A DNA stretch of 60,000 nucleotides from Schmidtea polychroa (taxonomy: Eukaryota), in assembly GCA_044892525.1 (NCBI GenBank), contig CM097885.1:28646001-28706000 (forward strand), in the 5' to 3' direction. The position numbers and the translations under genes are program-made. Under the pieces are notes generated by a model that made no database searches, was not told the DNA's origin, and was given only the letters and a program-made list of their open reading frames with translations. Every line of letters begins with the position of its first letter. Position 1 is the stretch's first letter. Below, one piece after another: positions 11,901 through 21,615 of the stretch.

Positions 11901-12876
11901 TCCTTTAGCTCCTGTAAGAAGAAAGATTGATATCAACGAACTTTCTGAATGGCAAATCTCACAAGATAAACCCCCAACAATGAAACTTCTTTGTGATCAA
12001 ACAGATCGAAGGTTTTATCTTTGTCACTATAGACTCCTCCAATTTTATCTTTCACGAGGTATGATATTAAAAAAAGTTCATAGTGTCATAAGATTTAAAC
12101 AGAGGCCATTCATGAAAGCTTTTATCGAGGAGAACATTAGATGTCGAAACATTGCAAAAAGAGAAGGTAACCTTTTTAAAGATAATAATTATAAACTTTT
12201 AAACAATTCAGTCTTTGGGAAGACAATGGAAAATGTAGACAAATATACTCATATTGAACTCCTAACAAATACTACCAAAGACATTAAGCGTTATAATCGT
12301 ATGCTAGGAAAGCCTACATTTAAAAACGCACAAGTATTTTCTGAAAGTCTTACTGCAATAGAACTAAAGAATTTTGAGAAAACATACAACAAACCAATAT
12401 TTATAGGGTTTTCAATTTTAGAACTTTCAAAATTACAAATGTATGAAACATATTATAACATCTTACAACCTATATATGGTTCTAATATATCAATGCATGC
12501 AATGGATACAGATTCAATGTTTTTAACAATAAGAACTCATGATTTACAAAGAGATATAGCTGAAAATCCTATACTTTCAAATTTAATAAATTCAACTGGA
12601 GAATTATTTTCATTTAAAGATGAAAAACCTTTTACTCCTATCGAAAATGGAATATTTATTCGTGCTAAACAATATTCATACGAAACATTTAGAAACCCTG
12701 AATTTATAACTAGATCATTTATATTTAAAACTCCAGAAACAGAAGAAACCATTACACATAGATATCCTATATTTCCTAAAGAAGAAAAACCTGTAAAGGA
12801 TAACAGATGTAAAGGAATACAGAGAGTGGTGGCAAAGAATCTTTCTCATCAAGATTATATATATAATTTTTATTAG
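8986..12876 (+). CDS. pPolB: Protein-primed DNA polymerase B polyprotein (Zn fingers, putative TP and vOTU regions, HNH/EndoVII insert), C-terminally truncated
   Basis: YGDFES, FHNLFGYD, KGIYPYDY, IRGGVS, KLLNNSVFGK, DTDS, KDE, KGI motifs; CWMC..DHDH..YRGAAHKNCN; usual terminal DDKR block is missing. Confidence 0.95.
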   Translation: MNCNICNKVFKNKTGLISHLKSKAHLLKENNLNDTNSKVCPKCKGRFLHSGYNKHFENCIGKNREIFTCSHCNFSTKVNFYYLEHIKECKNKKQNSDDEECHSEGEPDHVEREKYNWDNFNHIDEFQLKINGPATPGEYINKNKKNIKNSFTEALKNYKPTRYNVIKYKIIIKAKYWRGAEEKTTPLDVEIGIPFKYLFSTKGFDKTIKEIIQAVEAKQEEVENELGDSNLVFNSFQTLVIDYWRGLPPNPKSYFPTPFKSKNVINIQNNDNKCFVWSILAHLHPQESNPQRVSKYKQYENELIFPKGFKHPMKLEDIPKFESLNNLKINIYERVKGKHVNSREIILIYFSDYEVRDNEPQDNTREIYLLILEQQNNQHYVLIKNFQAFTSPENPTSGGGTCKRCLHYSTTKNSMIKHTRFCEKDDPALIKMPNNPKMYFKNFSNLLQTVGVLYGDFESINRKQDLVKQYLKIIEKNKLMDSWNSSGEKMKPERMKAFLRKRNKPNSVKKTKQLPSAYKLLFKSNYPELIESREYTFRGISETEVLNHFTKSINDLEHEIFKVLKTNYPQNISNQQQQEYENTSNCWMCKQPFEESPNIKVLDHDHLKKENNYRGAAHKNCNLNCHTPKFVPVIFHNLFGYDIHLFIKHLAANAKNSFKVIGLTKEKYKSVEYGKLKFIDSLNFLQMSLDGIAKTMKPEDFKITREFLEKNNIPLEEYPTCLAKGIYPYDYVDSFERYNETSLPSQEDFYSQLQKNHITNQEYSRANKMWELFKCKTLGEYTSMYLSLDVYILADCFEEFTKSFVLKPYNYITAPSLAWDTLLYTIWTSNIEEADKIIDLLTNLDMFNLIKTNIRGGVSSVMGNREIKARNAITTSRMLSKTSDPYIKINNEELKEILETMKNPIFILYRDATALYSGIMIQYLPMGDFIEIESSKDLIKEILSTSKDSPIGYFVECDLLYPDDIKSGTRYFPLAPVRRKIDINELSEWQISQDKPPTMKLLCDQTDRRFYLCHYRLLQFYLSRGMILKKVHSVIRFKQRPFMKAFIEENIRCRNIAKREGNLFKDNNYKLLNNSVFGKTMENVDKYTHIELLTNTTKDIKRYNRMLGKPTFKNAQVFSESLTAIELKNFEKTYNKPIFIGFSILELSKLQMYETYYNILQPIYGSNISMHAMDTDSMFLTIRTHDLQRDIAENPILSNLINSTGELFSFKDEKPFTPIENGIFIRAKQYSYETFRNPEFITRSFIFKTPETEETITHRYPIFPKEEKPVKDNRCKGIQRVVAKNLSHQDYIYNFY

Positions 12877-13063
12877 CAGCATCACCTTCATCAATTGGTA
12901 AAGATAAATCTTTTATCTTGTGTCCATTTAAATTTAAATCTCCCTTCATTGAATCACCTCTTTCATTAATATATTTATTTTCTGTTAAAGTTAATATTTC
13001 TTCTGTATTAAACCCTGTTTTTATTGTTCCACCACCTCTATTACAAGGAATATAAGAACTCAT
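12857..13063 (-). pseudogene. N-terminus of a fiber/adhesin-like Polinton protein, truncated at the pPolB junction
   Basis: GDSMKGDLNLNGHKIKDLSLPIDEGDAANKNY resembles the GDxMxGxL..DAAxKxYVD tail-fiber repeat. Confidence 0.6.
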
Positions 13064-13379
13064 TTATTAATAATTTAAAATGAATCTTCAAACCTGTTTC
13101 AAATGTAAATACATTGAAATCTCTTCTCCATTAAAATCAATCAATTCTCCTTCTTGATTAAGAATTTTAAAATTAATATCCATTATATATTTTCTACATA
13201 AAGGTAAATAATTTGGAGGATTCATTCTTTCAACTATTTTATATCCCATAGGAACTGTGTTTGAGGGAAAGGAATATAAAACATTTGTTTGTTTACCATT
13301 ATTATAAGAACCAGTTATACAATCACAATGAATATTTATTGTGTTTGTATGTATTATTTTTATAATATTTTCTGATGTA

Positions 13380-14845
13380 CAGGGTTTTAAGTTGTATTTT
13401 GACAAGCATAATATATTTTTTGACAATATTAACCAGATAATAAACAATATTAAATCTATTATTGACAATATATACTAAATTAATAACAATAAAAGCTTTA
13501 TTAATGACATTATAAATATATTTTTAGACATTCTATGCATGGCTCGACAAATAAGTCAATTTCCTGCTTCCATAGCAAATAATACAGAAATAGTAGTCGA
13601 AAGTGATAACACTGCCGAACCAGCTATCCGTAACACTTTTCGAGTACAACGAAGAAATAGTACAACTTCAAATGCTGATAGAGATCGTGTTATTACAGCA
13701 TACGATGACGGGACTTCAATAGTTGATATTTCTCGAATTTTATCAATAAAAAGAACTACAATTTATGGTATTTTGAAGAAGTACCATAACACTGGAGTGG
13801 TGGAAGCTGATAAGAGAGGCGGCGATCATCCACAAAAATTGACAGAGGATCAAAAAATCAAGTAAAAGAGTGGGTTGATAATAACTGCCAATTATCGTTG
13901 AAAGTTTTAGCGGAAAAGGTATTTACAGAGTTTCAAATTAGAATATCCACAACTTATGTATATAATTTATTATCTCGTTTTCATTATTCAATGAAAAGAC
14001 TTCATTTAATTCCAGAGAGAAGAAATTCAACAGAAGTAATTGAAACAAGAAAAGAATATGCACTTAAATTCTCTTCTATACTAAGTATATATTCAGAACA
14101 AGAATTAATATTTATTGATGAGGTGGGATTCAACGTTTCTATGAGAACAACAAGAGGAAGATCACAAATAGGCACTCCTGCAACATTAAATGTACCGACC
14201 ATACGATCAAGAAATATATCTATAGCATGTGCAATGAACAAAAATGGGTTATTGTTTTATAAATCTTTTAATCGGGCCCTCAATAAAGAGAAGTTTATCG
14301 AATATATAACAGAGCTAAAAGAAGTTTTAATTGATAAAGAGATTCACAGATGCGTATTCATAATGGATAATGTTAAGTTCCATAAAAGTCCTGAAGTGCT
14401 TAGCGCTATAAATAATGAAAATACAACTGTAAAATTTCTTCCGCCGTACTCCCCTTTTCTCAATCCTATTGAGAACATGTTCAGCAAATGGAAGGAAATC
14501 ACCAAAAGAACCAACCCCAGAAATGAAGATGATCTTATGCGAGCAATTGAAAATGGAAGTACCCTAATATCTTCACAAGACTGTAGTAATTATGTGCGAA
14601 ATATGTGGTCATATATACCAAGATGTATTGAGGGAGAAATTATTCTTAATTAAATGTCACTTAATTTTTTTGTCATTACATTTTTTGTAATATATTACAT
14701 TAATATATGTATTATTGTCATTAATATTATTTAAATTGGCATTTATTTTATTAATATTGTCATTAATGTATTTAACATTGTCAAAGATTATATTAAAATA
14801 TTCAAAAAATATGTTATGTTTGTCATAATACGACTTGAAACCCTG
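13380..14845 (+). mobile_element. Tc1/IS630-superfamily transposon (DD34E)
   Basis: TA duplications at 13378-79 and 14846-47; ~45 bp imperfect TIRs starting CAGGGTTT; TGACAAT subterminal repeats. Confidence 0.93.
13539..14653 (+). CDS. DD34E transposase split by a one-base frameshift in an A6 run (~13855)
   Basis: HTH N-terminal ORF 13539-13865; FIDEVG, MDNVKFH, LPPYSPFLNPIE in ORF 13898-14653. Confidence 0.88.
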
Positions 14846-15313
14846 TAACTTCAGGTGTGGTATAATGGTTTTGTGTAAATCCTAAAATTGTTCTAAAGAA
14901 ACTATTATTTTGAAAATGAATTCCTATATTCTCTAAAGTCATTATACATTTTGAAGTTGGTAAATCCATTTTAATTTTAATGACTCCATTTGTTTTTTTA
15001 GAAAGTATATTATTTAAATCTTTTATCTCATAAGCCCCAGGATCGATTGTTATTATAATCTTATCTGTAGCTTTTGGGCTTATATAATAAAATATGTTAT
15101 TATCTTTAGTTATATTAAAAATAGTATTATAAGCACAAAACCATAATAGACCTAATTCATAATTTAAATCTTGATCTAATTTAATTGAATCTTGAAAGTT
15201 TATAGTAAAGTCTGATTCTTTTGAATTTATAGATAAAGTTCTTGAATATTTATCTGACATTATGTTTACCATTTTTTTTAAATTATCTTCTGGAGGGTTG
15301 CGAAGCTCCATTT

Positions 15314-15775
15314 TTATAGTAGAGATTTTAAATCATTATAAATTTCTTGGATTAAGGAAGTGAAACCTTCTCCTTTGGATTTATTCAATCTATACAAAAC
15401 ATATAAGCTTAAAATACCACATATTTTAGTATTATTAGGTTGAACTTGTAAAGAATTAAAAGTGTAGTCCGAGAGATAGTCTTCAACTTCTTTAGTGGGT
15501 TTAATCCCAAAAGAATCAAAGTATATAGATTTATTATATATACAAACCCAATGAGATCCTTTCTCATTTGAATTTTGATAATTTATAATAATATTCAGGG
15601 GACTTCGTTTCTTTTGAGTGTCTTCTTTCAGAATATCTTTCAGACTTGATAATTCATCATTCATTAATATTTTTATTTTTAAATTTAAATAATTTGCATA
15701 ATCTTTTAAATCAAAATTTGTTTTTGCATTTATTCCAAATGTTTTTAAAAAATCTAATATTGAAGGATTAGTCAT
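15314..15775 (-). CDS. Adenain-like cysteine maturation protease
   Basis: GSHWVC, YFDSFG, QVQ..KICG catalytic motifs. Confidence 0.9.
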   Translation of the reverse strand: MTNPSILDFLKTFGINAKTNFDLKDYANYLNLKIKILMNDELSSLKDILKEDTQKKRSPLNIIINYQNSNEKGSHWVCIYNKSIYFDSFGIKPTKEVEDYLSDYTFNSLQVQPNNTKICGILSLYVLYRLNKSKGEGFTSLIQEIYNDLKSLL

Positions 15776-15797
15776 TTTATATTTTATAACTTTGTAT

Positions 15798-16664
15798 TTA
15801 TAACTTCGTATATTTATTAAATTTATCTTTTGAAATTATTCCTTGTTTTAACAAATCTTTAGAAATCTTTAAAATATCAGAATCTAAATTATTATGACCT
15901 GCTTTTTTAGCTGCTAATAGTTTTCTTAATTCAATAAAAAGGTTGATTGGGTTTGGTTTAACCCTTATACCATCACCTTCTTTAACAACATAACCCTTTT
16001 CATTTCTATCTAAATATTTCTTTAAATCTTGAATGTGTTTTGCTTTTGAACTAGCTTTTATTGATCTTATAAAATTTAAATATTTTTTAATTTCTTCAAC
16101 ATCATCTGAAGGATATCCACAAAGTAATCTATAAAAATCATCTGTAAATTCAAAGTCTAAATATTCATTATTATAAACATTTTGTGAATGAATATGTGAT
16201 TTCTTTTCTGGAGTTGTATATAAAGTAAAGTTTTGTTTATTGATTGTTATTATTGAATATCCTTCAGAATTAATATGAAATGTGGGTTTAATTGAATCAC
16301 TTAAACCTTCTCTAATTTTAGGATTAACTTTAAGAGGTTTAGTTTTTAAAAACATTTCTTCTTCTTCCACATTAGAGGTTCTTCTACGTTTTCTTTGATT
16401 TCTTTCAGAATGACTTTCAGGATGATTTTCAGTGGATTCTTTCTCCCACTCCAATTCTTTTATTTTTTGTTTTTTATCTTCCAACTCTTTAAATTTTGCT
16501 TGCTCATTTAATCCTTTTATAGCTTTAATTGTTGGTCCTTGTTGTTTTTGGATTACCTCATTTAATATTATAGATTCAGCATGTTGAGTTGTATCTTTTT
16601 TATTATACTTGTTTTGTTCTGATTGTAATTTTTTTAAAAGTGCTAATCTTTCTTCATATACCAT
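15798..16664 (-). CDS. Polinton hypothetical protein (288 aa)
   Basis: Intact ORF within the gene array; C-terminal LRKLLAAKKAGHNN..GII block; NLS-like RKRRR. Confidence 0.65.
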   Translation of the reverse strand: MVYEERLALLKKLQSEQNKYNKKDTTQHAESIILNEVIQKQQGPTIKAIKGLNEQAKFKELEDKKQKIKELEWEKESTENHPESHSERNQRKRRRTSNVEEEEMFLKTKPLKVNPKIREGLSDSIKPTFHINSEGYSIITINKQNFTLYTTPEKKSHIHSQNVYNNEYLDFEFTDDFYRLLCGYPSDDVEEIKKYLNFIRSIKASSKAKHIQDLKKYLDRNEKGYVVKEGDGIRVKPNPINLFIELRKLLAAKKAGHNNLDSDILKISKDLLKQGIISKDKFNKYTKL

Positions 16665-16754
16665 TTTAATGGTATCAAAAATGGTATCATGGTTCCTTCC
16701 AAGGTTTTAAATATAATCCTTTACCATTTTTAGTTTTACAAAGGCATCCATTCT

Positions 16755-17279
16755 TTAAAGATTTACACATTTTTTTAAATCATCTTTATCTTTTGAAGAT
16801 AAAGATTCAGATGATGAAATTTGATTTTTTAAAAAATCATTTAAACCGCGGCCTTTATAAGGATCAAGATAGAGACCCTTTCCAACGGAGGAACTCCCCT
16901 GAGACTTTTGACCTTCGGACACTTTCTGATATGGATTAAAATAGAGACCTTTTCCAACGGACTTTTGACCTTCGGACACTCCCTTCTTTTTTATTGAATC
17001 GATTTCAGTTTGTAATTTTTCTTTTTCTAGGTCTATCTTTTGAGATTCTTTAGCTTTTTGAACTGTAGTTGCAATTCCTCCAGCTATTCCAGCAGCACCT
17101 GATAGTCCGGCAATGATTGCAGGTATTAAAGCAGCTAATGGAAGAATGCCGCCTTCTTTAATCTTCGCTCTAACTTGTTCTTTTACATGTTTTCCAATAA
17201 AATATTTTTTACTATCAATTACTACTGATTTATTTTTATTTGAATTTATTAATTCTTGCAAAGATTCTTCAGTTGTCAT
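16755..17279 (-). CDS. Putative virion core/membrane-active protein, adenovirus pX-like motif
   Basis: GGILPLAALIPAIIAGLSGAAGIA; repeated GKGLY/GRGL candidate protease sites. Confidence 0.65.
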   Translation of the reverse strand: MTTEESLQELINSNKNKSVVIDSKKYFIGKHVKEQVRAKIKEGGILPLAALIPAIIAGLSGAAGIAGGIATTVQKAKESQKIDLEKEKLQTEIDSIKKKGVSEGQKSVGKGLYFNPYQKVSEGQKSQGSSSVGKGLYLDPYKGRGLNDFLKNQISSSESLSSKDKDDLKKCVNL

Positions 17280-17294
17280 TTTTAAATAAATAAA

Positions 17295-18087
17295 ATGGAT
17301 ATTTGGAAACCAATTTTAAATAGACATAAATCTAAATTTAATAATAAAGTATTTCCTGATAATTTTAGATTATTAATTGTTGGTTCTTCTGGATGTGGAA
17401 AGAATGTACTTGTTTTGAAAATGTTGCTTGAAGATGGTTTTTTAGATTATAATAATTTAATCTTTTACTCTACAACCATAAATCAACCAGAATTACAACT
17501 TTTGAAATGTGGATTTGAAAATAAATTAACTAAAAAAGCAATAATTGATATTTTTAAAAACCAACATAGATGTCCTGAAGACGTTTTTCAACCTTGTGAT
17601 ATGGTTGATTGGTATAAGGAAAAGATTTTAGAATCAGATATTAGTAATAAAAATGATTATATTTGTGAAGATCAGGGGCAGGAGGCAATTCAAGTTTTAT
17701 TCTCTAATAAACCTGAAGATGTTTTACATTGTGATTTACTTCCTAAAGATAAAAAGAATCTAGTTATATTTGATGATGTTGTCAACATGAAAAATCAAGA
17801 GATTCAAAAGAGTTACTTTACACGAGGTCGACATAATAATTGTAATGTTATTTATATCTCAAACTTATTATGCTTTAGATAAAAACTCTATAAGAAATAA
17901 TTCTAATTGTTTTATATTTTTTAAATTAGATCGCCGTGATAAGAATATGATTTATAATGATTTATTTTCAAATGTTGAACCTGATAAGAATATGTTTGAT
18001 ATGTTTGTTGATAATCATTGGAAAGAAAAATATAATTATATTTATTTGGATAGAGAAGAAGCTGAAATATGGAAAAGTTTGTTTTAG
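17295..18087 (+). pseudogene. A32/FtsK-like packaging ATPase, frameshifted near 17860
   Basis: GSSGCGKN (Walker A), LVIFDD, FTRGRH, and ISQ..SIRNNS continuing in the second frame. Confidence 0.88.
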
Positions 18088-19463
18088 AAATCTGTTTTCT
18101 GTAACTCATTATTATAAAATCTACCTAATATTTTTTCATTATTTAAATCAATGATGCTATATGTTATTGGGGTTGTATAATGTATTTTATTTATAATAAA
18201 AATTTCATTTGTCCATTTTGCTGTGAATCCTTTTTCAAATTTATTTTTATATTTAAATATTCTTACTCGGTCACCAATTTTAAACTTTGGTTTTTCAATA
18301 ACATCATTTTCAATATTTACCACTTTAATGGTTTCAGGATTCATGGAAGCATTTAAAGGTGTTGATTTTATAGAACTATGTACATCATTATTATATTCAT
18401 TTACAATCTTTTGTAACAATTCATTGTTCCATTTTTGTTTTCCAATAGCAGTAAAATATTTCCACACTTTATTTTTTAATGTTCTATTTAATCTTTCAAC
18501 TACGACTGCTTTTCCTTCGTTTTCTGTTGAATATAATTTAATATCATTTTCATTTAAAAACTTTGTAAAAACTTTGTTATAAAATTCTGTTCCTTTATCA
18601 CACCATAAATATTTTGGAATTCTTTGATGTTCTTCAAATATATTTTCAAATGCTTCTGTAATGGAATATCTTGTTTTATTTTCTAAACACCTTGCAAAGG
18701 CAAATCTTGTATATAAATCTATTACAGTTAAAATTATTTTATATTTTTCAGGGTCTGATGATTTGGTTGGCATAAAGACTTAATCTGCAGACCATGTTTG
18801 ATCTTTTTCATGTACTTGAACTTTTAAATATTTTTTATTTTTTCTAAATTCATGGTGTAATTCGTTGGCATATTTTATTTGTGATTCTGTTGGGGTTAAT
18901 AAGCTAGTCTTGGATATATTCTCGAGGGATCTTTCAGCATCTGCTTGTTCAATAATCTTTTTATTAGCATAATCTTTTGCCATCCTTGGTAAACTAGCAC
19001 CTATGAAAATCTTACCTTTCATTGCTAATTTAACTAGAGCTCTTTGAATCTTTTCTTGGGTTGATGGATTTTGGATACTATTTAAATCATGTATTAAATT
19101 CACATCTGCAACATGTCTATCTCTAAGATTTGTTGAATTGTATGCAATGTCATGTTTTAAAGCTGCTTGATCAATTCTATTTATTGGTTCTTCTCTTTGT
19201 TTGGGATTATTATTTTCATCTAATCTAATATCTAATCTTGTTCCTGGTCCGGTATAGTTGTGTTTAAATAAATGTCTTTCACCTGGATATTTTTCTGTAG
19301 TAAAAGGTTTTAATATTGAAGATGTTGTTTTTGAAGATTGTAGGTCGCCTCCGGCTCGTGGAATCATGTCGCCTCCTATATGTTTTTTAGTTTTTAGATG
19401 ACTTGCTTTATGATGTCTTGTAACTTGACAATTACAAGTTTCACATCTCCAATAGAGAGACAT
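18084..19463 (-). pseudogene. Zn finger-PLA2X-rve integrase fusion with one in-frame stop
   Basis: ORFs 18780-19463 and 18084-18773 are in frame (WSAD*VFMP); YTGPGT..DQAALKHDIAY; IDLYTR, CDKGTEF, VERLNRTLK. Confidence 0.88.
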
Positions 19464-19480
19464 TTTAAAATGTTAAAATA

Positions 19481-20767
19481 TTAAGAATCTCCCCTAACAT
19501 TTTCGATTATTGAAATCTTTCCACCATATAATTTCATTTCTATTTTCTTTTCTTCTAATATTAATGTATATACTTTAGCTTTAAAATTAGAATCCTTTGT
19601 TACATGAAGTGTAATATCAACATTATTTATGGCTAGGCGATCATCTTGGTCTGAAACATTTATACAAAATATAGAATATAAATTTTTGAAATCTTCTAAA
19701 CTTAATTGCGGTTCAACTTTGAAATCATAACATGTTTCAATATAATTTAGATATGGGAATATGTTTTCATTATTTTCAATATTAAATTCCATTCTATTTA
19801 TTGGATAATAAGAACTATTTAATTGAATTTGGATTGTTTTTAAATTATCAACTCCAATCTTTTGAATAAACAAGTTGTTATTTTTTTGGAAAGATGAATC
19901 TACTTCTTTGAATCCAATCAAGATATATCTTGGTCGGTATGCTAAATTTGCTACCTTTATAGAATATGTTGAACCCTCTGTCATACTAAATTCACTACAG
20001 ATTCTATTTAAATAATTTACATTTATAGACTTGTTGGAATTTAATCTTTCAAGGAGTTTGATTTCAGAATGTGGATTTAATGTCCATTCAGGTATATGCA
20101 ATTCAAGTGTTGATATTTTTAATTTAGCTGTTGTATCCTTATCTCCATAGAACAATCTTTTATCACCTTCTACTCTATTACAAACTAATTCTATAAAAAC
20201 ATTATGAAGTATACGATTATAGTTTTGAAGGAATCCAAACAAGTGTTTTAATTCAAAATAACCTTCAAATTTTTTAGATTTATAAAGTTCAGCTCTTTTA
20301 TAGTAACCATAATTTATATCTAAACCATCTTTATCTAAATCTCCTTTATTAACATCAGGAATCCAGCCTGTTAATTCACCATATTCATTTTTATAATCAC
20401 AACCAGTCAAAATAAAATTTAACATTGTAGAATATACTCCCGGATGCAAAACAGTTTCAATTTCTGATGATCCTAGTTTTAATCTCATGTTGGAGAATAA
20501 ATTTGGAAAGAAATTATTTTCTAGGGTTATATCTTTGTTTGCTTCAATTTCTAATTCGATTTTATAATATAATTTGGCATTACAAATATCTATAGGGTTT
20601 GATGTTTGAAGAGATTGAAAAACTATATCACCCCTACGATTTAAGTTTGCAATAGATCCTGAAGTTGGGGAGATTTTAAGTACATCGTTTTTCTTGATTT
20701 CATGAGTAAATTCTTTATTATAATCAAGATTTAATTTATTTTTTTCTTGAATTTTTATATTATTCAT
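19481..20767 (-). CDS. Major capsid protein (double jelly-roll, hexon-like)
   Basis: 428 aa; LENNFFPNLFS..IE, LFGFL, PRYILIGF, FKNLYSIFCINVS blocks; gene context. Confidence 0.85.
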   Translation of the reverse strand: MNNIKIQEKNKLNLDYNKEFTHEIKKNDVLKISPTSGSIANLNRRGDIVFQSLQTSNPIDICNAKLYYKIELEIEANKDITLENNFFPNLFSNMRLKLGSSEIETVLHPGVYSTMLNFILTGCDYKNEYGELTGWIPDVNKGDLDKDGLDINYGYYKRAELYKSKKFEGYFELKHLFGFLQNYNRILHNVFIELVCNRVEGDKRLFYGDKDTTAKLKISTLELHIPEWTLNPHSEIKLLERLNSNKSINVNYLNRICSEFSMTEGSTYSIKVANLAYRPRYILIGFKEVDSSFQKNNNLFIQKIGVDNLKTIQIQLNSSYYPINRMEFNIENNENIFPYLNYIETCYDFKVEPQLSLEDFKNLYSIFCINVSDQDDRLAINNVDITLHVTKDSNFKAKVYTLILEEKKIEMKLYGGKISIIENVRGDS

Positions 20768-20822
20768 TTTTATATATTAAAATTTACACACACAAAATAG
20801 GATTAATTAAATATATTATGTA

Positions 20823-20897
20823 AGCCATTATAGCGGAGTGGGAATAGGCTTCAATTTTATCACCGGGAGTACCGGGTTTAATTTTCGATTTTGGTCA
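20823..20897 (+). ncRNA. Degenerate tRNA-like Pol III unit
   Basis: A box TAGCGGAGTGG, decayed B box GGTTTAATTTT, ends GGTCA then T-run; downstream flank homologous to that of the 21059 unit. Confidence 0.4.
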
Positions 20898-21058
20898 ATT
20901 TTTTTCGATATTTTTTTTTCAACGGAATCTGATTCAGCGTACTGATTTTAGTATATATTTAAATTTTCAGATGGATCTGAGTGGTAGTTGTCGAGAAAAT
21001 GAATAATTAATTATTAATTTCATCAATAAATAGTCACACATTAACAACTTATTTTATA

Positions 21059-21131
21059 TTGAGTATAGCTTAGTGGTAATAGCACTCGACTGCATTGCCA
21101 ATACTAATGGGTTCAAATCCCATTTCGGTCA
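21059..21131 (+). ncRNA. tRNA-Cys(GCA)-derived Pol III unit
   Basis: GTATAGCTTAGTGGTAATAGCACTCGACTGCA resembles the tRNA-Cys 5' half; perfect T arm ATGGG-TTCAAAT-CCCAT; T8 terminator; acceptor and anticodon stems do not pair. Confidence 0.72.
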
Positions 21132-21294
21132 TTTTTTTTCAAATCTTTTTAACGAAATATTGATCAGCATACTCGATTTAGTACTTGTACAAATTTTTAA
21201 GGTGATTGGTCAACGGCAACTCTTGGAAATTTAAGATCAAAAACGTTTTAACTACCAAAAATTAATATATCCAATAAAAAAAATATTTATAAAA

Positions 21295-21564
21295 ATGGAT
21301 GAGTTAAAAGAAAGAATGAGAAATGAATTGAATGAAGTTAAACATAAGAGAATGAAAAGAAGAGAAGAAGAACCATTAGAATACATCAAAGAGTTGATGG
21401 TAGATAATGAAAAGTATCGACATTTTTATATGAAGGCTGTAGATGTTGCTGATATAAGATTGAAGAAAATGAAACAATTACAGGAAAGAGTTAAAGAACT
21501 TGAATCGATTATTTATAGTCTAAAAAATGACAAAAATTCAAACCTTGATGGCTCAGTGGGCTAG
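21295..21564 (+). CDS. Small coiled-coil hypothetical Polinton protein
   Basis: 89 aa ORF sharing the upstream motif ATATCCAATAAAAAA..TAAAAATG with pPolB. Confidence 0.6.
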   Translation: MDELKERMRNELNEVKHKRMKRREEEPLEYIKELMVDNEKYRHFYMKAVDVADIRLKKMKQLQERVKELESIIYSLKNDKNSNLDGSVG

Positions 21565-21615
21565 ACCGGCACCGTGGTTCAAATGGATAGCGGTTCAAAT
21601 CCTAACTGTGGTTAG
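21541..21615 (+). ncRNA. tRNA-like Pol III unit at the inner edge of the original right TIR
   Basis: A box TGGCTCAGTGG (21549-59), B box GGTTCAAATCC (21592-602), T9 terminator. Confidence 0.7.

Larger units (their letters stand above)
13088..15311 (-). pseudogene. Minor capsid (penton-like) gene interrupted by a Tc1-type transposon
   Basis: Removing 13380-14845 and one TA rejoins ...TPEV|TSENI... in frame (251 aa); IDPGAYEI, ILGF, IHCDCITGSY..G, GELIDFNGE motifs. Confidence 0.85.

Noticed and set aside
11415..18582. Antisense ORFs overlapping pPolB, transposase, ATPase and integrase
   Set aside because: Shadow frames of real genes with no motifs
21059..21131. Functional tRNA-Cys gene
   Set aside because: Acceptor and anticodon stems do not pair; reported as tRNA-derived ncRNA instead
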